Of a DNA stretch of 64,000 nucleotides, positions 12,031-21,493 are shown one piece after another. The stretch is from an uncultured Chlamydiae bacterium (GTDB lineage Bacteria; Chlamydiota; Chlamydiia; Chlamydiales; JAJFMA01), in contig CAVQMM010000001.1 of assembly GCA_963713615.1 (NCBI GenBank), forward strand, positions 1,472,001 through 1,536,000, given 5' to 3'. The notes under the pieces were generated by a model. The model was not told where the DNA came from and searched no databases. It saw only the letters and a list, made by a program, of their open reading frames with translations. The position numbers and the translations under genes were made by a program. Each line of letters starts with the position of its first letter. Position 1 is the first letter of the stretch.

Positions 12031-13414
12031 GGTTCTTGGGAAGAATTGGGGGCGCAGAGCGCAAAGATCAGCTAATACATTAATTTTTTAGGCAAAAAAA
12101 GAGAGGACATAGAAAATCCTATGTTTCGACACAATAGGAGGTTCTCTATGTCCATCTCAAAGGTCTTTTATGCCTTGATCGAAGATAAAAGTGTAGTTTT
12201 TCAAAGCGCAGAATTTCAGTCGGACTATACCATCTTTCACGGTCATCTGCGGCAAAGTGGCAAAAAATGCCCATGTTGTAAGGCTTCCAACGTGCGAATC
12301 AAGGAGACAAAGGAAAGAACTTTTCGAATGCTCAACCTTGGCCAAAAACGGACCTACCTTAAAATGGATTCCCACAAGATCTGGTGCCAGCAATGTAACG
12401 CGATTGCCTGGCTTCAACACCCTTTTACCTCTGGAAAGCTACCGATGACCAAGTCTTTCATCAATTACATCCTTCAGTTAACTGCAATGACAACCCTTCT
12501 TTGCGTAGCACTATTCCTAGGACTGCAATGGAAGACCGTAAAGAACCTAGACAAAGCCAATCTTAGAAAACGTGCAAAGCAATTTTCATTCCGAAAGCTT
12601 CGTTACATTAGCATCGACGAGATAGCAATAAGGAAGGGTCATAAATACATGACAATTTTCACAGACATCGCGACAGGCCAAATTATCCATGCTGTCGCAG
12701 GGAGGGACGAAGAATCACTTAGACCTTTTCTAAAGCTTCTTTCAAAGAAGGCCAAGCGACTTAGGGGCATTGGTATCGACATGAGTGCAGCCTATTCGAG
12801 TTCGATTCAAAAACACCTTCCTCTGGTGCCGATCATTTATGATCGCTTTCATGTTACCAAACTTCTCAATGATACGATCGACAAAATCAGGCGCGCTGAG
12901 TACGCCAAGCACATGAACACGGGTGTAGCGGTAATGAAAGGTCAGCGGTTTCTACTTCTGCGAAATTTTGTGGATCTTGATGATGGACAGAAAAGTAGCC
13001 TTGAAAGACTCCTAGAAGTTAATCACTCATTAGCAGTAGCTCACAGTATGAAAGAACAATTCAGGTTATTTTGGGAGCTTGAATCAAGACAGGAAGGAGC
13101 TAAATTTCTTGGATGGTGGATCATTCAGGCAATTGAGTCTGGGATTGAGCAGTTAGCGAGAACTGCTCGTACACTACTCCATCATTACATGGGGCTCTTA
13201 AGCTACTTCGAACACCGGATAGACAATGGAAAGGCGGAAGGAATCAATAACAAGATAAAGGTTTTGAAGAGACAGGCATATGGCTTTCGAGACCAAGAAT
13301 ACTTTAAGCTAAGGCTATACAACCTCCACAGGAAGGACTATGAATTGGTTGGTTAGACTGGAAGATACTGGGAAAGTGTCTCTGGAGGGCCGCCCCCAAT
13401 TCTTCCCAAGAACC
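12031..13414 (+). mobile_element. ISL3-family insertion sequence
   Basis: Terminal IRs GGTTCTTGGGAAGAATTGGGGGCG (12031) / CGCCCCCAATTCTTCCCAAGAACC (to 13414) enclosing a transposase. Confidence 0.92.
12121..13356 (+). CDS. ISL3-family DDE transposase (intact)
   Basis: CPCC..CQQC zinc finger, ISIDE, IDMS, DRFHV, EGINNKIKVLKRQAYGFR. Confidence 0.95.
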   Translation: MFRHNRRFSMSISKVFYALIEDKSVVFQSAEFQSDYTIFHGHLRQSGKKCPCCKASNVRIKETKERTFRMLNLGQKRTYLKMDSHKIWCQQCNAIAWLQHPFTSGKLPMTKSFINYILQLTAMTTLLCVALFLGLQWKTVKNLDKANLRKRAKQFSFRKLRYISIDEIAIRKGHKYMTIFTDIATGQIIHAVAGRDEESLRPFLKLLSKKAKRLRGIGIDMSAAYSSSIQKHLPLVPIIYDRFHVTKLLNDTIDKIRRAEYAKHMNTGVAVMKGQRFLLLRNFVDLDDGQKSSLERLLEVNHSLAVAHSMKEQFRLFWELESRQEGAKFLGWWIIQAIESGIEQLARTARTLLHHYMGLLSYFEHRIDNGKAEGINNKIKVLKRQAYGFRDQEYFKLRLYNLHRKDYELVG

Positions 13415-13435
13415 ATATTTTCTCGAGGTATTCAC

Positions 13436-14143
13436 ATGTTTTTAAACAAATCTATATGTATTTTTTGCTGTAGTCTTCTTTGTCTGTGCACTAATGGTCT
13501 TTCTACTGAACCCCATGCTAAATATCCAGAAATTGAATTCAAATATGACTGGCGTGGTTATATCATGGATTTTTTTGGTAGGTGGTATTTTGATGCACCA
13601 ATAACGGAACATCTTAAAAATCAGTTGACTAACCAGCTTCCTGAGTTGATCACTGCTTGGGAAATAAATGCTCCAATACTTTTTGGAGAAGTATTTGCCA
13701 CCTTTAATCGAGGAATTGAAGCTGAAACTAGAATTGGAGTTATTAACTTGAGTCATGGAAGCTCTTACGGTAGTCATCGATTTTTAATTTTTGGATTACG
13801 TTGGCTTCTGGATTCAGAGTGGCCCTATTCGGTGAGTAGAGAAGATGCTTTTTCGGCCCTTGTTTTTCATGAATTATTGCATGTTTGGGTCGATGAAAAT
13901 GTCAATAAGGACCTTTCGTCTATGCTAGCGAAATACAGTAATGAAGAGTTTGATGTTCTTGATCATTTACATTTAATGGCTATCCAAAAAATGGTGTATA
14001 CAAAGATAAATCGTCCGGATGTACTCGAGTATATTGGAGAGTCCTATGCATCATATCAAGGTCCTCTCTATCGTCGTGCCTGGGAAATCGTTAATGATAT
14101 TGAAGGACATGAAGCGTTACTTCAAGATATTGTGATTAAATGA
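13436..14143 (+). CDS. exported hypothetical protein with HExxH (zincin-like) motif
   Basis: N-terminal hydrophobic signal; LVFHELLHVW. Confidence 0.6.
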   Translation: MFLNKSICIFCCSLLCLCTNGLSTEPHAKYPEIEFKYDWRGYIMDFFGRWYFDAPITEHLKNQLTNQLPELITAWEINAPILFGEVFATFNRGIEAETRIGVINLSHGSSYGSHRFLIFGLRWLLDSEWPYSVSREDAFSALVFHELLHVWVDENVNKDLSSMLAKYSNEEFDVLDHLHLMAIQKMVYTKINRPDVLEYIGESYASYQGPLYRRAWEIVNDIEGHEALLQDIVIK

Positions 14144-14173
14144 TGACCCAAGCTCAGATACGACAAATGGAAT

Positions 14174-15208
14174 CTATTCCCGTACAATTCGATCCGTTAG
14201 GGATGGAATTAAATACTGTATGTCTGCCTGTATGAGAAAATCTTCGTTGCCTAGATATGATGGCAGCCCTAAATCAACTGAAATTATTTTTCCATTTGGA
14301 TTATTATTTTTATACCAACCTAAAAATCCCCTATCGTCATAACTTAACCCAATGCAAATAATATAGTCTATATTACTTAATTGAATCCCCCCTGCTTCCC
14401 TTAGCTCTTTTGCATTAATACGATAGGGCAAAATTCCACTATATTCATGAAGGCAATCTAAGTTTTCAGTCACTATCTTCGTGTTTTTGAATTTTGCTAA
14501 TTTCGTCAGAGCTTTATGTGCTTGTGTTAGGGGGCTAAAGAAACAAGCGTTGTGAAATGTGGAAATTTTTTTTGAAAATTCTTCCGGATTTCGAAAGGCA
14601 TTTTCCAATGAAATGGCAAATTCTTCTCCCTCTTTTAAGCCAAGCAAATCATTTAGTTGAGTCATTGAGGGCACGCCAGAGGCCACAGAAATTCCTGCTC
14701 CTGTATAAAAAAGAATATTTTTATCGGCAATGATTGATAAGATGCCGTCTTCAGTGATCTTTTGAGGTGTCGACTGCTCAAATATACGCCTTTTATCCAC
14801 CAAATAAGATGCGTTATCTGAACCGTGCTCCTTATTCTGTTTTCGAGGTAAATTTATAACTGATGGTTCGTTATTCTTCCATTCATAATAAAAAATATAG
14901 TACTCTTTTCCATTACTATCAACAAATTTACTTTTATCAATAAATAACTTTTTGACTGATTCATCATAGCAGATAGGAATGTCGGCAAATAAAACTTCAA
15001 AATAGACTTCATCCTTTTTACTAATAAAGTGAAAGAAGGCATTTTCTCCGAACTGCCAACACATATCAAGAGATTTAGAGTCAAGTTGCTCGTGGATCTC
15101 ATTAGTGGAAATAACTTCGGGATTAGAGAAAAAGTCTGCTTCTCTTCCATAAGCATTGCACAGGTTAACTGAAACTATCGCGGATAATAGAATTTTGTTT
15201 AAGTACAT
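14174..15208 (-). CDS. Sir2/sirtuin-family protein with a signal-peptide-like N-terminus
   Basis: YTGAGISVASGVP, TQAHKAL, VTENLDCLH, IGLS. Confidence 0.75.
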   Translation of the reverse strand: MYLNKILLSAIVSVNLCNAYGREADFFSNPEVISTNEIHEQLDSKSLDMCWQFGENAFFHFISKKDEVYFEVLFADIPICYDESVKKLFIDKSKFVDSNGKEYYIFYYEWKNNEPSVINLPRKQNKEHGSDNASYLVDKRRIFEQSTPQKITEDGILSIIADKNILFYTGAGISVASGVPSMTQLNDLLGLKEGEEFAISLENAFRNPEEFSKKISTFHNACFFSPLTQAHKALTKLAKFKNTKIVTENLDCLHEYSGILPYRINAKELREAGGIQLSNIDYIICIGLSYDDRGFLGWYKNNNPNGKIISVDLGLPSYLGNEDFLIQADIQYLIPSLTDRIVRE

Positions 15209-15349
15209 ATGCGTATACTCATTATTTTTGGGAGACAAGCTTAAAAAAAATAGCAGATCTGTCACCGCCTGTCAAATGGAAGGACTGTCAATTTTTCCGG
15301 AATTGTTTTTTGACAAAACGCACTCAAATCGAGCACATGCTCTATATGC

Positions 15350-15440
15350 GGTCAGACGTGACTTATTGACTTCTTGTCTGAAATTTTGGATCTCTCGTGC
15401 GCTAAACATCTATAAGTCACGTCTGACCCCTAGCACTAGC
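15350..15440. repeat. inverted pair of REP-like hairpin junction motifs
   Basis: GGTCAGACGTGACTTATTGACTT ... AAGTCACGTCTGACCCCTAGCACTAGC. Confidence 0.8.
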
Positions 15441-16610
15441 ATGAATGAGAGCGAAGATTGCGAAAGTACTCAGCCGCGCTTTCAGATTCTTGAACTGCAA
15501 TTTTTGCTCTGGCAAACATTTCTCTTTCAAATTTCTCTGTCAATCTTGGCCAGTCGATAGGCTTTGATGAGGAGGCTAATAGAATCGTTAGTAATCTGGC
15601 ATCTTCAAGCACATTATTTCCACCTAGCCCTCGTTGTGTGGGCATGGCATGGGCTGAATCTCCCACGAGAGTAACTCTTCCTGTTGGAACCATGGGAAAT
15701 TGTGGAGAGTCAGAAAACTGGTAGTGCGTATGAGCCAAGGCGCCATGATCGCTTCTGCCGGAGTATCGTACACGAGCTTTTTCAAATTCTCATGCCAAGG
15801 TTCATTTTTCATCAACTGCTTACAGTGGTCCAATATTCGCGTGCGACATTGCAATCCTTCATCAAACTGATACCAAGGGGCACTTCAGTCTTCTATTTCT
15901 TCTGAAAATGCCCAAAAAACCGTAGGACTTCTATCGGCCCGTTCTGAAAAGCATACTCCCATGTAATGTGAATTAGGCCCTAGAAAATGAACCAATCCTG
16001 TTTTGTTTAGTGGAAGAAGCGTGTTCCATTCGGGTGTTCGCTCAATCTGTCCTCCTAGGGTGGCGCGAGTACCCTCAATCACATTTGGAATCGATCCAAG
16101 GCCATGTTGGTATACTGATGGTAAGAGTTCTCTTACAGTCGATGCTCCTCCATCGCACCCAACAAGGAGATCCCCAGTGGCATACGAGCCATCTTCAAAA
16201 TGAGCAGTCACTTGGTCGCCATTGTCTTCGAACATGACAAGACACTTGTTCCATTCAATATTGATCCCCTCCTGCAAAAGGCTTCTCAGTTCTGAGCGAA
16301 GGAACGGGACAGCAGCATCTTGCCCTGCTGGAACACTGAAAAAAGGTTCCATTTTTTCATTCGCACAGGTAAAGCCATCACCCACATCAGTAACCTTAGC
16401 CATGGATACCCGGTTCATTTTTTCAGGCGTCAATAGTGCAGCTAGTGCGCTCATTCCCAACGAACGAATTGAAATCCGATATCCTTGAGGTCTGCTTGTA
16501 GGACTTTCATCTCTTTCAAAAACTGTGACATGGAATCCAGCCTTGGCAAGTCCCTGCGCCAAAGCCAATCCACCAAGACCTGCTCCAATTATTAATATTT
16601 TATTTCCCAT
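15436..16610 (-). CDS. FAD-dependent monooxygenase (two frameshifts)
   Basis: IIGAGLGGLALA, LVGCDG, VGDSAHAMP..G.GGN across three ORFs. Confidence 0.85.
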
Positions 16611-17131
16611 TTCTTAGCATTCTCACTACTTAACCATTTAATTTCGGATTCAAGATGAGCAATTCCATATCTCAAAGCTTTGAGGCGAATCATTTTAAGG
16701 GGCGAATCGTTTATACCCTCCAGCCTCTCCTCGATTTGTTTGTATTCTTCGTGTATCTTCTCAACTTTTTCTAATCTTTCCTGAAATAGCCGAATCATCT
16801 CATTTCGATCTGTTACGAAAAAGAGCTTGAGAAGAAACTCATTGCGTGGGGTTTCCTCCCCTGTCGGACTTTCGAACCAAGCCTTAAATTCCATCCGTCC
16901 CATTTCTGTAATAGAAAAGACCTCTTTCTTTTTCTTTCCCACATAGACGATCTCAGAAAGCACCTTTCCTTCCTTTGCCAAAACTTTCAACATCGGATAA
17001 ATTGTCGAATCGGATTCCCTCCAGAAATATACTGTCGATCTTCCCATAAGAGACTTGATCTCATATCCGGTGGTGGGTCCCTCAAGGAGAACCCCCAAAA
17101 TAGCGTATCTTGTTTTATTGACTAATCTCAT
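16592..17131 (-). CDS. PadR-family transcriptional regulator (AphA-like)
   Basis: AILGVL..GP.TGYEI, IYPML..L..EG, FLLKLFF. Confidence 0.9.
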   Translation of the reverse strand: MRLVNKTRYAILGVLLEGPTTGYEIKSLMGRSTVYFWRESDSTIYPMLKVLAKEGKVLSEIVYVGKKKKEVFSITEMGRMEFKAWFESPTGEETPRNEFLLKLFFVTDRNEMIRLFQERLEKVEKIHEEYKQIEERLEGINDSPLKMIRLKALRYGIAHLESEIKWLSSENAKKWEIKY

Positions 17132-17134
17132 AAA

Positions 17135-17182
17135 AATACCCAGTTACTGGGTATTATGGCATGGCGGGTGATTTTCAGGCAA
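17135..17182 (-). promoter_or_regulatory. probable PadR operator overlapping a sigma70-type promoter
   Basis: Perfect palindrome AATACCCAGT-T-ACTGGGTATT (17135-17155) next to the start codon; CATAAT and TTGCCT upstream on the minus strand. Confidence 0.6.
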
Positions 17183-17188
17183 TGCAAA

Positions 17189-17210
17189 GGCTAGGGTCAG
17201 ACGTGGGCTG
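17189..17210 (+). repeat. REP-like hairpin junction motif
   Basis: GGCTAGGGTCAGACGTGGGCTG. Confidence 0.7.
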
Positions 17211-17222
17211 AAACGAATCGCC

Positions 17223-17562
17223 CTACACTTTTTGATTTAATTCCAATAACCTTGGCTGAAAAGTCATGTTATAAATGTTGATTTGCTCAGGAAACCTATG
17301 TTGTTGGATCCATTCTTTAAAAAATTTATCGGCAACCTGTTTATAGAATTCAGAGATCTGGTAGTCTTTATGGCCTTTGCAGAGATCCGGATTTCCCAGG
17401 CAGAAGGAACCTCCACCCTTAATTTCTTTCCATGTCTTCTTTCCTTTGCCCTTAGACTCTTGTTCCTCCATTACCAGTCGAATACCGCAATCCTGTTTGG
17501 TTTCTTCTTCTTGCAATCCTTTCTCTAAACCAATCTCTTGATAGTGGACACAATATTTACGT
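17223..17562 (-). pseudogene. orphan copy of the last C-terminal domain of the protease at 17870-19540
   Basis: Closely similar ...QISEFYKQVADKFFKEWIQQH.FP...NMTFQP.LLEL.QKV*; 5' end cut by the repeat at 17563. Confidence 0.8.
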
Positions 17563-17666
17563 GGGCTGGGGGTCAGGCTCTATGACACTTGGGCTGGGGG
17601 TCATGGGGGTCAGGCCTGACACTATGACACTTGGGCTGGGGGTCAGGCCTGACACTATGACACTTG
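17563..17666 (+). repeat. tandem stuttered REP-like motif
   Basis: About 3 copies of GGGCTGGGGGTCAGGCCTGACACTATGACACTTG. Confidence 0.85.
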
Positions 17667-17869
17667 TGAGGGTAGTGATCTACAAAGACGGCAAAATAGT
17701 GACCGTGCCGCCCAAATTCAAATACGTACGAGTCCCCATTGACTCCCCTCCTAAAAAATCTGCTTCCCTCAAAAAATCACGTGCATAATCCCAGCGTATG
17801 GTCTGATCTTATATCTCGTGATAAGCAGGTTATCTATGACTTGCCCGCTCTAGCTTCCTGTTAGCTGCG

Positions 17870-19540
17870 CTACACTTTTTGATCTAATTCCAATAGCTTT
17901 GGCTGAAAAGTCATGTTATAGATGCGCATTTGTACAGGAAACTTATGTTGTTGGATCCATTCTTTGAAAAATTTATCCGCAACTTGTTTATAGAATTCAG
18001 AGATCTGGTAGTCCTTATGGCTTTTGCAGATATCCGGATTTCCCAGCCTGAAGGAACCTGCTCCACCCTTAATCTCCTTCCATGTCCTCCGCTTGCCCTT
18101 AACCTCTTGCTCCTCCATTACCAGCTGAATGCCGCGATCCTGTTTGGAGCTTCTCTCTTCTTCTAAACCAATGTCTTTGTAGTGGATACGATATTTACGT
18201 GTACCGTCATCGTCATTATATGCTTTAAGATTTTCATCATAGTAACGCGTACCCGGTAGTTGAGGCGTATCCCGTGCGTTTTCTGGTACAGGCGTGTTTT
18301 GATCTAGGCGGATAGGATTGAAATCTAAACCGAATGCTTTAATTTCTTGGGGAAATGATTGATGTTCAATTTGTTCCTTTAAAAACCGATCGGTTACTTG
18401 GATGTAAAATTCTGTTGCCTGTCCCTTGTTGTTATAGCGTCCGGAAGGATGAGGATCTCCAAGGTAGAAGCAACCTGAGCCTTCAATTTTTTTCCACATT
18501 TCTCCATTGCAAGAACGTTCTTTAATATCTAAACGTTCTTCCATCTCTATTCGAATACCACGCTCATTTTGATGATATTCGCTTTCTTTTCCTTCTTGTG
18601 TTGTTCGAAACTTTCCTTTCATGAAAAGTTCTGTGTAGCGGACACGGTACTTACGCTTTCCATCATCACCATTAAAGCCTTCGAGATTTTCATCATAGAA
18701 ACGATAGTCTGACACCGGGGGCTTTCCACCCTCTTGTTCAATCAGTTCGTGGGATGAAAACTGTCGTAATGGTTGCGGAGAGCCTTTTGGTGGGGTTGCG
18801 GGTGTTGCAGATTGTCGCTTAAAAATAGAAGAATGTTTCATCAGGTTTAAAGAAACCACCAATTTGTCGATTACTTTTTTACCGTCGGCGATGAGGTGAC
18901 TGACTTCTTTTACCTTTGGTTTGCCTAAGTGCATCAAGACTACTTTGTTATGTTTTGTGAAGTAGCATCCTCCTGAGCTTCCTGGAGAGGTATCGCTAAA
19001 CACCATTTGAAATGACGGGTTGGAACTGTTCTCTTTTCCAGCTTTGCTTAAGGAAAATACGGGTTGCCCATCTCTTTGATGAACCAACATGAGTTCTTCA
19101 TCTGGGCGAGCATCTCGAAGTGGCGGAATCGTGACCCAATGGTCAGCGTGATGGCCATCTTGAGGCTTGAGTTGAGCAATGCAATAATCCGTACTTTTTT
19201 CGTAATTCATGAATTCCGCTATTTCAAAACTAAGAGGGGCGTTGCCATCCACGTGAAAGACTACCGACAAATCTCGGGGATGCAAATGCTTCTTCGCAAG
19301 ATGTAAAGGGATGAGCAAACGATCAGGACCGAGCAAAATACCCGATCCTAAAGGTGCGCCGCCGGAAGTGTTAATCTGAGCTCGACAGCGATTGGCATAT
19401 TCAATTGTTTCTTTCCAATGTGGCCATTGGTGAAGAGCCTCATGGTAATCCAGCATCGATGATTTTTCGGAGATTGAAGACTCTTGAGAGACCGTCCAGC
19501 CAGTCAAAGAAGTGGGTGGAAGAGTATTGAGGATTACCAT
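17870..19540 (-). CDS. trypsin-like serine protease with two tandem C-terminal domains of unknown function
   Basis: GSGILLG..LLIPLH, DYCIAQL, DTSPGSSGG triad; repeated YDENL..DDG.RKYR...RGI...EFY.QV.D.F.KE. Confidence 0.75.
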   Translation of the reverse strand: MVILNTLPPTSLTGWTVSQESSISEKSSMLDYHEALHQWPHWKETIEYANRCRAQINTSGGAPLGSGILLGPDRLLIPLHLAKKHLHPRDLSVVFHVDGNAPLSFEIAEFMNYEKSTDYCIAQLKPQDGHHADHWVTIPPLRDARPDEELMLVHQRDGQPVFSLSKAGKENSSNPSFQMVFSDTSPGSSGGCYFTKHNKVVLMHLGKPKVKEVSHLIADGKKVIDKLVVSLNLMKHSSIFKRQSATPATPPKGSPQPLRQFSSHELIEQEGGKPPVSDYRFYDENLEGFNGDDGKRKYRVRYTELFMKGKFRTTQEGKESEYHQNERGIRIEMEERLDIKERSCNGEMWKKIEGSGCFYLGDPHPSGRYNNKGQATEFYIQVTDRFLKEQIEHQSFPQEIKAFGLDFNPIRLDQNTPVPENARDTPQLPGTRYYDENLKAYNDDDGTRKYRIHYKDIGLEEERSSKQDRGIQLVMEEQEVKGKRRTWKEIKGGAGSFRLGNPDICKSHKDYQISEFYKQVADKFFKEWIQQHKFPVQMRIYNMTFQPKLLELDQKV

Positions 19541-19719
19541 GAGATTGTCCTCGAGACATTGTGAATCATTATCGATAAAGCTAGGATATCTGAGCTTTGA
19601 TCACATCAAAGCTGGTAAATCGACCAAGCTGTAAAATGCACTGTATCGGTAAGCAGCCTATTTCTCAAGAACAGCGTTCAAGCACCAGCACTTAGGCATC
19701 AATTTCCAAGAGTAGTCAA

Positions 19720-19801
19720 GGCTGGGGGTCGGCTGGGGGTCAGGCCTGATACTAGGGGCTGGGGGTCAGGCTGGGGGTCAGGCCTGATACTATGACACTT
19801 G
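19720..19801 (+). repeat. tandem stuttered REP-like motif
   Basis: GGCTGGGGGTC(AGGCCTGATACTA) repeats ending in TGACACTTG. Confidence 0.85.
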
Positions 19802-19892
19802 TGTATATAAAATAAGGGGCTGGCGTAGCACAAATAAATTTATGGAAACGGCGCTTGATCTAACCTTCGATGTTATGGAAATGCCAAGCCCA

Positions 19893-20021
19893 CTAGCTAT
19901 TGGCCATGGCCAAAATGAACTCAGCCTTAAGGCCATGCACCTCGCTTCGTAATGCACTAGATTCTTGCATTCTGCTTTCTAACCGTGCTGCGGCCTTGCT
20001 CATACCACTGGCTTCTCGGTA
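19893..20021 (-). pseudogene. possible C-terminal HTH fragment of a Y1/RAYT-like HUH transposase
   Basis: Manual translation YREASGMSKAAARLESRMQESSALRSEVHGLKAEF...*; lies between two repeat clusters. Confidence 0.4.
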
Positions 20022-20024
20022 CGT

Positions 20025-20185
20025 CAAGTGTCATAGTGTCAGGCCTGACCCCACCCTCGTCACGTCACGTCAAGTGTCATAGTGTCAGGCCTGACCCCAC
20101 CATAGTGTCAGGCCTGACCCCACCATGACCCCACCATAAGTGTCATAGTGTCAGGCCTGACCCCACCACAGGCCTGACCCCACCA
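20025..20185 (-). repeat. tandem stuttered REP-like motif, inverted orientation
   Basis: About 5 copies of CAAGTGTCATAGTGTCAGGCCTGACCCCACC, full or partial. Confidence 0.85.
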
Positions 20186-20231
20186 TTGAAATTTCTTGGA
20201 CTCCCTATCGTCCTCAAGGTGGCTTTCCTGA

Positions 20232-20251
20232 GTGCTAGGGGTCAGACGTAG
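20232..20251 (+). repeat. REP-like motif pairing with an inverted degenerate copy at 21419-21437
   Basis: TGCTAGGGGTCAGACGTAG versus CTACATCTGACCACTAGCA. Confidence 0.65.
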
Positions 20252-20528
20252 GGTGTTGATTCAAGTGAGGCTTCCAACTCTTGTCGATAGCGGCTTCGGT
20301 TGGGCCGTAGAGTCGGAGGACGACGAAGAACCCTTTGCCAGGCGGCACGGTAGCGAGCCAGTTATAGCCGATGAGGATGAAAATACTCCAATAACAAAAT
20401 GCTGGAATAAAATGGCATAAAGCAGCAGAATTATTGTTCTTTTAAACCCTCAATTTCATTGGGTCCAAAGAGAAGCTTTTTTACACAAGAGAAAGGCATG
20501 ATAGATTCTCAATTTGAAACAAAATAAA

Positions 20529-21386
20529 ATGTTTTCTTCAAGTTATTGTCTCACCAACGAACAAATCATTCATTTTCAGCATAAAGGTTTTCTCTTATTG
20601 CCTGATTTTGTTTCAGAACAACTTTGCGAGCAACTTAAAACACGATCTTTACATTTAGTGGAAAAGTTTCAAATACCGGATATTTCAAAAGAAATTGCTG
20701 AGCAAAAAGAAATATTTTCATGGGAAAATTATTACTATAAAAACAATACCAAGGAGTGTTATTTTTTTGAGAAAGAAGCCATGCTGCCTGATGGTTCCTT
20801 AGATAGAGACAAAACGGATGCTATTCAAAAAATTAGCTACGCTTTACATTCTCTTGATCCTATCTTTAATGCATTCTCCTATTCATCTAAAATCGGAAGT
20901 TTGGTCGCTGATTTGGGCCTAAAGAAACCCGCTATCCTTCAATCAATGTATTTGTTTAAACAGCCCAAAATTGGCAGTCCTGTTTTTTGTCATCAGGATA
21001 GCTCTTTTTTATACACCGAACCCGATACATTGCTTGGACTTTGGCTTGCCATAGACGATGCTGTAATTGAGAATGGATGTCTATGGGTTATACCGTCTGC
21101 TCACAGAGAAGCTTTAAAATTTCGTACACTGTTTGATAAGAATGGGAAACAAAACTACACGATCTTAGATGAAAGACCTTGGTCCATGGAAAATATGATT
21201 CCTCTTGAAGTGAAGAAAGGCTCACTAGTTATCTTACATGGAAGAGCGCCTCATATGAGTAAGGCTAACCTTTCGAATAAATCACGCCACGCCTATGCTA
21301 TGCATCTTATGTGCACAGAAAGTTTTTATCCAGAAGATAACTGGCTACAGCCAAAACCGTGTTATGACGCAACTTTTACGCACTAG
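20529..21386 (+). CDS. phytanoyl-CoA dioxygenase family protein (PHYHD1-like)
   Basis: QSMYLFKQPKIG, HQD, WLAIDDA..ENGCL, H.S..N.S..SR. Confidence 0.9.
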   Translation: MFSSSYCLTNEQIIHFQHKGFLLLPDFVSEQLCEQLKTRSLHLVEKFQIPDISKEIAEQKEIFSWENYYYKNNTKECYFFEKEAMLPDGSLDRDKTDAIQKISYALHSLDPIFNAFSYSSKIGSLVADLGLKKPAILQSMYLFKQPKIGSPVFCHQDSSFLYTEPDTLLGLWLAIDDAVIENGCLWVIPSAHREALKFRTLFDKNGKQNYTILDERPWSMENMIPLEVKKGSLVILHGRAPHMSKANLSNKSRHAYAMHLMCTESFYPEDNWLQPKPCYDATFTH

Positions 21387-21493
21387 ACTCGTAAAAACTG
21401 GATTAAAATTTTGCAAACCTACATCTGACCACTAGCATTTCTGGATTTGAAGGTTTACAGAGTAAGATTATCTTACTAAGGCGGGGTTCCTCA

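Noticed and set aside
17223..18202. DGR template/variable repeat pair
   Set aside because: Differences involve all bases and indels rather than adenines only, and there is no reverse transcriptase in the window
17563..20185. CRISPR array from the roughly 33-bp repeats
   Set aside because: Copies are adjacent or ragged with no regular unique spacers, occur in both orientations, and no cas genes are present
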